DNA of 64,000 nt, from positions 4,496,741 to 4,560,740 of the forward strand of contig OZ037768.1 of assembly GCA_964035545.1 (NCBI GenBank). The letters run 5' to 3'. This stretch comes from Bugula neritina (Eukaryota > Animalia > Bryozoa). Below are positions 43,001 to 55,100 of the stretch, one piece after another. The position numbers and the translations under genes are program-made. The notes under the pieces are model-generated. The model had not been told where the DNA came from. It made no database searches and saw only the letters and a program-made list of their open reading frames with translations. Position 1 is the first letter of the stretch, and each line of letters starts with the position of its first letter.

Positions 43001-43758
43001 GCATTGTGAAGAGCTGATGTCACATCAAGCTGATCTGTACACACAGTCATACCTAGAGATCTTGTTACATACTGATACAGCAATGTAAGCCTGCCTACAA
43101 CTGGTCTGTTCAATTACTTCAGGTACACGGGTGAAGGAGGTGTAAGTAATATGGCTATAGTTGAGGTGAAAATGGTTTCTGGTTGGGCCGTTGATCTGGC
43201 CACCCTTAAGCCTCTGGTTAAAGAAGAAGAAAATGGTATTAGAAGATATGAGGTTGATAAAAATGGAGCCATCCAGCTTTACTTTGACTCGGTAAGTCAC
43301 TTTATCAAATTTATTTAAATTTGTGTATAATGATTGAAAAGAAGCATTGAAATGATTTGCATGATTTTCAAGTAAATTTTTTACATGAGATAATTTACCA
43401 TATTTATTTTAGTTGGGAGCCACACAGAAATGCTTTACTCTGGAAGTTAATCAACATACAGATGTGAAAAATGCTAAGCCAGCTGTTGTTACAACATATG
43501 ACTACTATAAGACTGGTGAGTAATCTATATGTGTTATAATTTAAATGTCTTTTGAGTTTTTTGTTGAAAAATACATAGAATAACACATTATAATATAAGT
43601 ATGCTATAATTACTCTTATGCAATGTTTTCAAGTCTAAGCATTTTAATCAAAATATAAGTATTTTGTAATTTTAGAACTTCGCCAAGAGCTAGAGTACAA
43701 GATATACAGATGTACACGAAGAGTTCCTGTTGAAAAGCGGCTGCCAATTCTCTTTTAG
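31084..43758 (+). CDS. Alpha-2-macroglobulin-like thioester protein, copy 1 (~30 exons, two alternative bait exons)
   Basis: Signal exon MILLTACAVLVLGSQLTFA (31084-31145); FIQTDKPIYKPGQ; FEVKEYVLPKYEV; YTFGQPVKG; DGEVVAD; VDKSV; RTFFPETWLW; VPDTITEW; [16 protein letters not shown]; thioester [10 protein letters not shown] (40971-40985); WLTAFV; [21 protein letters not shown]; SNMAIVEVKMVSG; YDYY; stop at 43756-43758. No C3-type RRRR/ANATO/C345C and no GPI-like tail seen. Confidence 0.93.
34968..35085. repeat. TGAACTG heptamer / 16-bp GAACTGTGAATAGCT repeat
   Basis: Visible tandem units in an intron. Confidence 0.85.
35290..35555. repeat. Degenerate ~33-bp minisatellite (TACCATTATATATTATTCTATATATCCCCCCATA)
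   Basis: About 7 imperfect units after the donor near 35268. Confidence 0.85.
38167..38380 (+). CDS. A2M copy 1 bait exon A (alternative)
   Basis: TAG acceptor, GTGAGT donor, phase 1 to 2, open frame YQFRAKSASNG..GAPGAPGFDG..RDGAPAPAPAPDVTKTVRTFFPETWLWDLVDVK. Confidence 0.88.
38462..38657 (+). CDS. A2M copy 1 bait exon B (alternative)
   Basis: TAG acceptor, GTGAGT donor, phase 1 to 2, open frame YWYRTSSRRFDSPEVAMMPAVASMGDPIMSRAGSIMDDDFSSEDPITQTVRTFFPETWLWDLLDVG. Confidence 0.88.
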
Positions 43759-44377
43759 AATATTTTATTCGCTGACTTTGCATGGACTAGCTACCAGTTT
43801 ATAATGTATTATGTGTTTGTTTCAAATATTGCAAGTTTCCTATTTGAAGTAAAATAACTTAACTTATTCTCAGAGTTGACAATTTAACCAATGGATGGAC
43901 TTAAACTCAACAATCTCACTGGTTGATATTGAATTTTGTGATGACTCCCATGGTGCTATATTAAAAACTTAATATTAAACTGTAAGATTGCTATTTCTTA
44001 TGCTACAATATTATGATTTAAATAAATTTAAAAAACTTGTATTCAAAATTTTCCCCTTGTATTAAATCACACTGCTTGTTTGCTTAAATATTCCTAAAGC
44101 TTCTACCCATCCTGTTCTCTTGAGTTGATTTATTTTCAATATTGATATAAGATTATGTTTGCTGTAACCAAATAATACTAAAATGTATATATTAAACATC
44201 CAATTGTCATAAGTATGATGCTTTCTTTTTGCTCATAAATATTTTCCAATAATTTGCCTTCTATTGAAAAGATAACTCTATAAATATAAAATACACCATT
44301 CTCATGTTTCTTAGTCAATCTGTAAAAAGGCTATACATTGATCAGATTTTATTTCTAATTAGATGTTATTTTGTATG

Positions 44378-44572
44378 TAATATAATATAATACATTATGA
44401 TACAATATAATACAATATGATACTATATAATACAATATGATACATTATAATACACTATAATACAATGTAATACGATATAATACAATATAATATAACATAA
44501 TACAATATAATACAACATAATACAATATAATACAACATAATACAATATAATACACCATAATAAAATATAATT
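44378..44572. repeat. (TAATACAATA)n decamer satellite
   Basis: Visible tandem units between the A2M paralogs. Confidence 0.9.
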
Positions 44573-45027
44573 TAGTGCTTTGTTTGCTAAAATTATGAGT
44601 TTTCAATTAATAAGCTGATAAATATTTCATGCAGAATATGCTTTTCCGGTCTACAATGGTTCCACAACTACTGTAATAGTTTAGGGACTTTAGCATTTCA
44701 TTAGTTTCCTTGCAAATTTAATAACAAATTTAGTTTTATTTGAAAAGTTTATTTTAAGCTTGAATACCTGGTGCGACATTTACTCTTAATATTTTAAGGT
44801 GAGTTTTTGAGATGGAAGTTTTCCACTATATATGTTTGCGCTTTACTTCATCACACAACAAACAGCAAATGTTTGCTTTATTTCAGCAAGTTTTGATTCT
44901 ATAGTAAAAGTCAATTTATGGATTGAAAAATATAACAATCATGCATGTGGCTATGAAACAGAGTACGCTATATAACATATATGTTTTTAATGCAATTTGC
45001 ATTGTGTTACTCTACCATTGTAACAAG

Positions 45028-45099
45028 AGCTTTTTGGCGAAAGCTTTTTGACGAAAGCTTTTTGACGAAAGCTTTTTGGCGAAAGCTTTTTGGCAAAAG
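45028..45099. repeat. 14-bp tandem repeat (AGCTTTTTGRCGAA) x5
   Basis: Visible tandem units. Confidence 0.9.
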
Positions 45100-46385
45100 T
45101 TTGTTAACTGTTAGCTATTAATGTCAGGATATGAGTCAGTGCAGCTAAAGAAGTGGAGGAGAAAAGTTATCTGTATTTACTTCACTCACAGTTTTTATTG
45201 TGTGTTAAGATGCACAAAACTTTCAATCTATTGAAAGAATAATTGTAAGTATTACATTATTTTTTGTTCCTATTTATACGAAAAGTGTTTAAGCAACAAT
45301 TGTAACTAATGAGTGTAAATTAAACTGAATTATTGATAGTTTTAGGTTACAGTTTTTTATATAAAAATATATACATCCTTTCTCATGCAAACAGTTCATT
45401 CAACTTGACCAGCAGTTAACAAAACATTGTTATAATTTTTATAGTATGAGCCAAAAACACACTTTATGAAATTATTTTGATTGGTTCAAATAAATCATGA
45501 AATGCGCAAGTTTTTACATGTTATTTTAATAGTTAGACAAGCAGTCTAGCACCATCAACCACAGTTGTGATTTTTATGTCATTCAAATATTAAGAAATGT
45601 GATTAAAAATACTCCCTTTTTGTAAATCACAACTTTTATTGAACAAAATGTTACAAAATAGTTATTTATAAATATAGTATAGATGCCAGAAATGTAAATG
45701 GGGTGGTGAATTATTTCTCAATTCATTTACTCCTTAAAGGTCAATGAACTATGACGTTTTAGTTCATTGCAGAAGGTAATACTGTAGTTAGAAGTAGTTC
45801 TGTACACTCACATAATAGAGAAGGGGCGGTGTTGCTACACACTCAAACTCTTAGATAGTAGATATTTTGCTGAGCTGTCATGAGGTGGCTAAGCTGTAGG
45901 CTATAAATTTAGCATTATATGCTTCAGGTTTGAGCTGCTATGACTATAAAACTACCACATGAAGTTGAATTAGGAAAGCTGCTAGTCTCTAGTGTTACAT
46001 AGCTCAATATTCATCTGCATATTTATCTGGTTATTTACTTATTTATCTATTATTTGTTTATTGTTATATTTAATCATATTCCATTTATTGTCATTACAAC
46101 AGAAAACTTCACATTTTATAGCAGCACATTTGCACAAGTCAAGTATTGAGTATCTGTGTAAGTGAATTGCAAGTGACTTTTGTATGTAGATAGGCATTAA
46201 CAAGCTACTTTTCTAAATAACAAGATACCCGACTGAGTGGGCAAAACTGGATTTAGCAACAAGCAGAAATACTTGCGTTGCCATGGCTACTAAACATTTA
46301 TTGAAAACAAGGATGTACACATAAGGCATGCCAGGTATATAAAGTGCAAGCAGGTTTCCAGTCTAATAAACTAGTTTCTCTGATT

Positions 46386-49300
46386 ATGAGAGCAACTATG
46401 CTAGCTTTAGCTCTCTTTGTGCTGTGCTGTCTCTACACTCCAGCTCTCTCAATAGCGAAGTAAGTTTCTCTGCTAGTTTTTGCTTGTAATAATGATAAAT
46501 TAGTCAAGCAAATTATAAACATTAAACTAAAAGTGGTAGTATTTTTTAGATTAGCTTTTAAAATTAACATTCTATGCTAACTCATATGATAAATATTTAG
46601 TTATTGAAAAACACTTCTATAAGTGTAACTCGATTTAAATGCTTTTATATTAGCTGTTTCACTGTAGTCACAGTCATGCTTAAAATAAAAGCTATATACT
46701 CTTCACTCTTTTTATAGCTATAATCACAATCAAAACATTAGTAAAACTAAATATAATGATTGTTTAAAACATTGTTTACAATTATGAGAAAAAAACTCAC
46801 GAAAGCTTATAGTCACTATCCCTGTGAGAAACCCCTGATGAAAAGGGTTTTTGTTAAAGCGGCTAAGGACTTATTTAAATGAAGCACGGGAGCATATATG
46901 ATTGGATTCTCTTCCTAACATCACCAATGGCCTTTGTTGGGGTTTGAACCCATGACTTCATGTTAACTGGGCAAAAGCTTTAACCCCTAGACCACAGCTG
47001 CTCCATAATCATGAGAAAGATCTGTAGATTATTTAAATGCAATGTTAATTGAAGATCTAACCTTCTTTGCTTAATATTTGATGTGCAAAATATTTTTTGC
47101 TCTATAATGGTTCAATATTTGAACTTTTTATTTGTAAAGTTTTCTATAGGGAACATTGAAATCTTAAACTACAATTGTGTAATTCTCAACAAATTGTAAT
47201 TTATGTTTATTAATGCTAATATTTGTAGAAACCCGGGCTATCTCATTACGGTGCCTAACAGATGGATTGACAATAGACCAGAAACTGTGTGCATCAACCT
47301 CTACAACGCAACAGAACCCATCTTAGTAAACATCACAGTATCACCAAAGTCGTCATATACATATCGACAGTACCATCATGCACCAGCAGCTAATCAGGAA
47401 ATACTTGTCCACCAGTCTGTCATCATAACCAGTCATGGTAGGGGCACCTAAACAATTAACTACATGTTTGAAACAAAATGCTGCTGCTGCCGCCGCCGCT
47501 GCTTCGTAGAAATATCAGAACATTTTGTACAACACATGCATGTTGATGCTTATCAATAATAGACTTATTACACCTGCCTGATGTTTGTAGAGCAAGTTAA
47601 ATGCCTTTCACTGACAGTACCTGAATTTCCACGCCGTAAATACCCAAGACAACTCCGAATAGATGCTGTGGGTGTGAGTTTATCTGGAAATAGTACAGAG
47701 TTACACTTTCATGACTCTACTATGGTGGAGTACTTCAGGAAGCATTCTTATGGTTCCATCGAGTACCTTTCATTTGTGCAGACAGACAAATCAGTCTATT
47801 CACCAGGGGACCTAGGTATTTACCTTTTGCAACAGTTTGAAAATGTTTTTATTTTTATAGAACAAATAAACTGCCAAATATGGCTGGTCAAAAGGTATCA
47901 AATTCGTAAAAATTAAACTAAGCAAAACATAAAATAAAGCTTTAAAAACTTTTTTCAAATAAATTAAAGCAATTTATTAATCTTTATAAATATACGAAAC
48001 TTTTTCTATTATATTGTCTTTATTATTGATCAGAGCCTGCCATAAAAATTCTTTTGTCTTTGAATACTCAGGCTATATTAGCTCACTTTCTAGACTCTTA
48101 CTGCCTTTGGATTTTAAATGTATGTCTGGTTTCTGCACTTTTAGTGAGAATAAGAATCTTGACTATTGATACACTGCTAAAGCCTTCTATGGATATGGTA
48201 AGATTCACACATAACCTAAATGTCTATCTTCTGTTTACTTGTATATATATTTCTCTCTGTACGAGCAACAAAATCTTTCACCTTAAGTTGGGTAAACTGA
48301 GATTTTTTAAATTAGAAAAGCCTTTCCAAATATTATTACTTTTTTTATCATCAATATGATAATTAATGGCAATAAAGCCTTGTAGTTCATAAGTTAAGTA
48401 ATGATACTTAACTTACAGTCTCTGTTTTAGCAGAGTTCGTCTCATTTACTCGTATAATGGTAAAGCAAATGGCAAATGATAAATATGCATTACTTACAGA
48501 TAGAGAGTGTAACGATTAAAACTCCAAGCAGAGTGGTAGTTGAACGTTGGGCAAACCTCACTCTTACAAAAGGTATGATTCATGTGAGATGTTATGAAAA
48601 TGAAAATAATTTATTATATCAAATGTTATATAGCAATATAATATAGAGGCTAGTGTATTGAATGATTGTCTTTAATTAATTTTCTAGTTACAAATACTTA
48701 ATAAACTATGTTATATATTATATCATGTCTTACTTATTTATTTATTTATTTTGGTTCATTATACCAATTCTTGTCTGCGTACAATGTCAAGAGTGCTCAA
48801 AAATAACAATACTAAACAATAGGTGTACAATAAATTATTTCTTGAGATGTGTTATGTATTATGTAGAGCAGCAGTTATATAAAAGTTGGCATTTAGTTAT
48901 GCAGATATATCGTGTCGGAGCTCTATCATTAGCATAAATTTTCATAAAACTTTATAAAATGGTCAGGTCCATTATAAACTAAAAGTACAAATTATGTTAA
49001 TTTGAGTCAATCTGTCTCCTTAGACTTAACAATACTTACCCAAATAAGTTTTATAACTGCACAGCTTTGTAATATTATGTCATCATGTTTATAAAATAAT
49101 ATGTGGCAATTTTATTTATTTTGTTTATTAGGCCTTCTGCAACTTGAGTTTCAATTGAACAAAGAACCTGAATTGGGAAAATATAGAATCTCTATGGTTA
49201 GAAGTTCTACTATGGTAGACGAATATTTTGAAGTAAAAGAATATGGTACGTATTTCATATTTGAAGTCTATTGCTTATAATGAAAGAGTAGACCCTGAAT

Positions 49301-52076
49301 AATTAATTTTAGAAGGAACTAAAATGTAATATGTAGGCATCTCAACTCTAATACAGTGAAAATAACCTGGTGTTAGTAAAAACTGATTCACAAAATCATG
49401 ATTATTTTCAAATACTTAATTTCGTTATATCAAGCATCAAACGCACACATCTTAAGCTCTGATTCACAATATATGTGTGGGTCTGGAGCATTTTATAGCG
49501 AAATACCTTGATCAACCACCAAATAAATGCATGTAGAATGTGTGACTTTTGTTCAAAATTGAATAAATTTATTTGAATACAAAATTTCTAACTTTTATTT
49601 AAATAAAAACTTCATTTATCTGTCTAGGGCTTGTGTTTAGAAACTGTTGCCATGCAAGCCCCGCCTATTTCCTCAAGAGTTTCCTCATTTGGTGCCCGTA
49701 TATTCATGTTTCCTCTTCTTTGTAGTTCTACCTAAGTATGAGGTAACATTGACCACACCTTCTAAGTATCTTACTCTCCAGACCGAGGCAGTGACAGCCA
49801 AGTTGTGTGCCAGGTATTAACTTACTAATCATGTATTACATACGTAGTCCTATGGTCACGTGATTGGATTATAATTGTTACAAGCACTCTTTAACCACAT
49901 CAATAAAGCTCTCAATAGACTAAATATGCTTTAAGGCAGACCTTAAACTTAAACTGGAGTCAAAAAAGCTTATTTCATATTTTCAGATACATTTAATAGT
50001 CTTGCACTGAAGGAAGGTAAACAATGTCTACTTCAGTTGTGTACAATTAATATGATTTACTGCATTACTCAATACAATCTCATCAGATTTGCCAATCATG
50101 TTAAATCAAAATCTGCACTGTTTTAATCCATGGCAATGCTTGTTAAAGTGTCCCATTAAACAGCTGAGCCTTGAAAAAATACTCGTAGTTTTTGCTAAAC
50201 AACCACCCCATATTACCATTTTCAATATAAAGTTGTCGTTATATGGGTGCACTAATGGAGAAATTTCAAAAACTCAAGTTTTTAATTAATGCTGGATTAT
50301 TAGGTTATAGTGCGTTTCTAAAAATAAACATACTAAAGTAAAACACACACTGCGTGAGCAAAATTTTGCTGTAGTTTTATTTTTTATGTGATCTTTTGTT
50401 GAATAATTGATCAATTTTACTATTGTAAATAATACCTATTGCATGCATGACTGATTACTTACTGTACGGAAGTATTTCCTTATTTTGTAACACAACTTGG
50501 CACATGTTTTTATTTTAGGTATTTGGCTAATTTTTATATCAAAGCTTTATTATTTCATAAAGTTTTAAATTAATGCAAGGACCGCCATATAATATTTTAA
50601 AAAGGCAGTTTCATTCCTCAGCATGATGCTTACATGATGAAGTGTTTGTCTCAACTGTAATAGGTACTTAAATACTGCAGTACATTAACTTCCACTGCTA
50701 AGTAGTACCTAATCATTAGTATATGAATCAACTGTTGAAGATTTATTAACCACAAAAGCTAATAAAGAAATAACACTGAGCTCTTTCCATACACTGCCAG
50801 ATACTACCAGAATTATCTATTTCTTCTTATTAGGTGAAATCATGTTCAACCATAAAACTTTTAGATAATATTAAAACTATATGCTTTATATTAGCAATAC
50901 TAGCACATCAAAGTCCTTATGATATGCAATTTAAACTAGCGCAGGAAAAGGTTCGAAAGTCAATGCCGTTTTTCACTACCTTAGAATATAATTTAATGCT
51001 TTAATGCTAAGTTCAAGGATATTTTCATAAATTTCGTACTATAATTGGAAAAATTAATGGCAACAAATAACGTTAATGAAATACAGCTATATGACGGCCA
51101 TTTTCACATAGCGGCCAAGATAAATTATTAAAATAAAGACACAATTCACTGAGATGAAAGTATCAAACATATGTAGTTTTCGAACATTTAAACGTAAAAC
51201 TATTTTATTAATGAGTATTTTTCACATTAGACTAACTTTAGTTTTATTGATATATTTTGTAAAACAGGTACACATATGGTCAGCCAGTACGGGGCATTGC
51301 AGAGGCAACTGTTTGTCTAATGAAACCAGACTACTACCATCGGGGATATTACTATTATGATTCAACTCCCAAAGTGATAAAGTGCGTGCTTCTAGAAAAT
51401 CAGGTAAAAATCTTATTTGTATTTAATGTAGTCAGTGCAAGATCAAAGAAATTACTTATAAAATGTGTCTGTGCTGGGTTTAAGTTTTAATGAGAAGTCT
51501 TTACTTAATTTTCATGCAGCTTTTATTATCTTAAAAATATGTTAAAAAACAAGTTTGATGTTTCCTTTTCTTTGCTAATACAAAAGTTGGATTATTTTAC
51601 CATTGCATTAAATTATATGTTTCTAATTGCTTTTAAAATTTTTATTTTGCAGTTTTTATATTTGTACTGCCTGAAAGTTAGTTTATTTACCCAAATATGC
51701 TGATAATATTGCAATAAGCAAACAGATGCTGCCATGTCATCAGAAATCTGTCATGTTACATATAAACTAGGTTACAGTCTGAGGTTCACTTTGAACCAAT
51801 GAGATGATATGTTTTATAGCTGAATGATGGCTGCTACCAGATTAATGTGAGTCGTACTGATGTAGGATACCACCAGCACTACTATAGGCATAATTACTAC
51901 AGTCTCTCAGTACGTATTACGGGGCGTGTCAAAGAACAGGGGACAGGTGAGTGTTACTCTAAGTCTAGTTTAGAATGTTTAATGATTTCACTGTTTGTTC
52001 TTAATTATCATGTATAACATAACAGTTTATCAGTGAGTTTGAATTTATGATATATCCAATGATATAGGAGCCAAAG

Positions 52077-52116
<40 letters not shown>

Positions 52117-55100
52117 TATATATATATATATATAATTGTGTCATTCTTTGTGTAGGCGTATACATTGAGGCATCCAAAACCACTCTCTCCTTTAGGAGGG
52201 AAAATATTAAACTGCAATTACATGGGGCAGACAAATTCAAACTTGGTATACCCTATTACGCCAAGGTATGCATCAACTCTCAGCTACATCTAATATAATA
52301 TTTAATTGTTTTATAGTCTCTGGTTGTGAAATATTTCATTTTTATACTTAAGTGTAACCTTGAGTTGGAGCTTGAAAATCTATTTAGCAAGAAAATCTTT
52401 TAAATTTTTCAACGCTTTTTATAGTTTAAAACAGTTTCTAAAACTGTTGAAAGTTGGAGATTAATTGTAAAGCAAAAAACACACTTTAAATTTCATGCAC
52501 ATATAAGTGAATTGATTTTTGGCAAATTTATTTCATGATCATAAACAATATTTTATCTGAATAAACAGCTGACTGCTAAAAGATTAGATGGCAGTCCAGT
52601 AGAAAATGTGTTAGTTGACATCACCATCAACAATCTTCTGGGTAAAACCTTTACAACCAACAAGGATGGAGAAATCAATTTCAGTGTCACACCTCAGCTG
52701 AATGGAAACTCTGGAAACTTCAGACTGGAGGTAATACAATATTAAATGCATGTTTGCAGTCTGTTTTAATATTCTAGTTTGACTGCTTGAGAAGACTCTT
52801 CCAAGATTTTATTTGCCAGGTCTGGCAGATTATAAAGTTTCAGTGTTGAGAATATTTGGACAGCATCAAAACTACAATAGAGCTTTCATTAAATTCCTAA
52901 ATATTACAGAAACTTATGCAAGTTTATAGTTGCTACCCCTGTGAGAGCCCCTGATGGAGAGGGCTTTTTAGATTAAACTAGGGACTTGTTCATACGTGGC
53001 AATTATGACTGTATGCTCTTTCTAACGTCACCAATGGCCTTTACTGGGAATCGAACCTATGACTTTGTGTTTACGAAGCCAGCACTCTAACCTCTAGATC
53101 ATGGCTGCTCTCTTAAATATTACTGAAAGAACAAAAGTTAAATTTCAGGCTTCAGGGAGCACTAGAAGTAGAATCAGCAGCTCATTTGACACCCCAATAT
53201 CTGGAACATCTCTTTCGCCACAACAAAGATATTCGCCGTCTGGCTCCTTCATACAGATACAGCCTCTCGACAGAGCCCTGACTTGTGGCTCCGTGGTCAC
53301 CTTCCACATTCAGTATGCCTCAAATATTACTTTAGCAACTCTGCTACATTACCAGGTATGTATACACGCAGACTGCAGCTTGTGCTATTTGCGTGCAGTC
53401 CATTGGCCCAATGCTTTACTGTGTTGATTCAAATAAAACTTAGTTCGAGCTCTTGAACTTTTACCTCTCACTCTAAGTGAAAGTTTTGAATATAAATATG
53501 AATAAACTAAAGAGCCAAAGTTCTTCAAACAAATAAGTGAAGACTGTACAATATTTGATGATTGAATTTATTGATATAACATAATGTAACTGTACATATT
53601 TTGTATTTTATAGGTTGTTGGGCTGACAGACATTGTGCAAAGTGGCTCCGTACCAATCACTTTGAGCAATTCTTCAGAACACACCCGGAATGTTGACAAT
53701 GGTTGGACCTGCTATTACCGCTGCCTGGTTACCAATAGAGAAGAAATTAGTGAGTCAAACGATTGAGCACATTAATTTTAAAATAAGTTTTTACTTTTGT
53801 GGGAACAACTCCCAATATTACAGCTTTGTAAACTTCAATATGAGTGTTTTATAAGGGCTTCCACTCTCATCCTATCATTATAATATTTCTATTACAATTT
53901 CCAAATTAAAGGAAAAACTTTATGCAGCCAATAAAAATAAGCAACAAGTCAACATGTGAATATGCTATTTTTCCTGATATAATAAAATAAATGAAATCTA
54001 TCCCATATGTATGTAATTAATTAAAAGAAAATATTTCTTTACCTAATTACTCAATTTAGAAACTCTTCACACTAATATATTTACCACCTAGTAATTTAAC
54101 CAATTTGCTAAAAGTGAAATTAAGTATAAGAATAGTTTTCATATTATACTTATAAATAGTGCCTTTCAGTTTTATAAATATTCTTTTCCCCTAAACATTC
54201 ACCAGAGAAATTATAAAGAAACAGCGTAATGCCCTACTAACACCTGAGTGACCTATTAATGCAGATAGTACACTGGGAGTAAATCACACAACAATCCAAA
54301 GTCCTTTAGAGATGAACACTCAACAAGTGTTGGAGTTGAATGTAACAGTAACGCCAGAGATGTCTAGCAAAGCAAAGCTTGTTGTTTACTATATCAGACC
54401 AGATGGAGAGGTTGTTGCAGATGAAACAGACTTCCAAGTAGAACCTTGCACAAACAACGAGGTAACACACATTAATTCGTTGAGGTGACTTAAAAACTTT
54501 TGTTTACAATTATTGAATCAATTGAAAAGATCACATTAAAACATTTTATGGAAAATTGCCACCTCAACTGCTGGATATTATGTACTCATTATATGCCCGT
54601 GAATTGCTTAAAATCTATAAATAGTTTTGAAATTAAAATATTTTGCAGAGCATGGTAAAATACATTCTTTATTTTGCAGTTTTTCAATGCTGTGTAAGAA
54701 CAATTTTTCAATCAGCTGTGCCCAAAATATTACTATGTGAACTCTAATGCCATAATACTAATTTAGAATATAAAAATTTAAACACATTTATAGCCATTTT
54801 TATAAAGCCAAAAGAATATGCCAGAAAATCTATAATGCTACATGATAATACTCGATGCAAATGGTTTTATAAAGAATAAGTTGAGGTTTAGTAAGGCTTG
54901 TAGCATGTGTTTACTATATTTTCAGTTTCAGCTATTAGAAAATGATAAAATATTGTTATTTGTTTAAAGGCTGAGATGAGATTCAGTAAGGCTGAGGCTA
55001 GACCCGGAGAGCCAATAGACATCAAGTTTACAGCAAGTCCAGACTCTTTGTGTAGTTATGGTATAGTAGACAAGAGTGTGTTCTTAGAGGGTGGAAACAA

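Noticed and set aside
46930-47003. Functional tRNA gene
   Set aside because: The tRNA-like head is attached to a shared non-tRNA body and the copies are degenerate, so it is a SINE.
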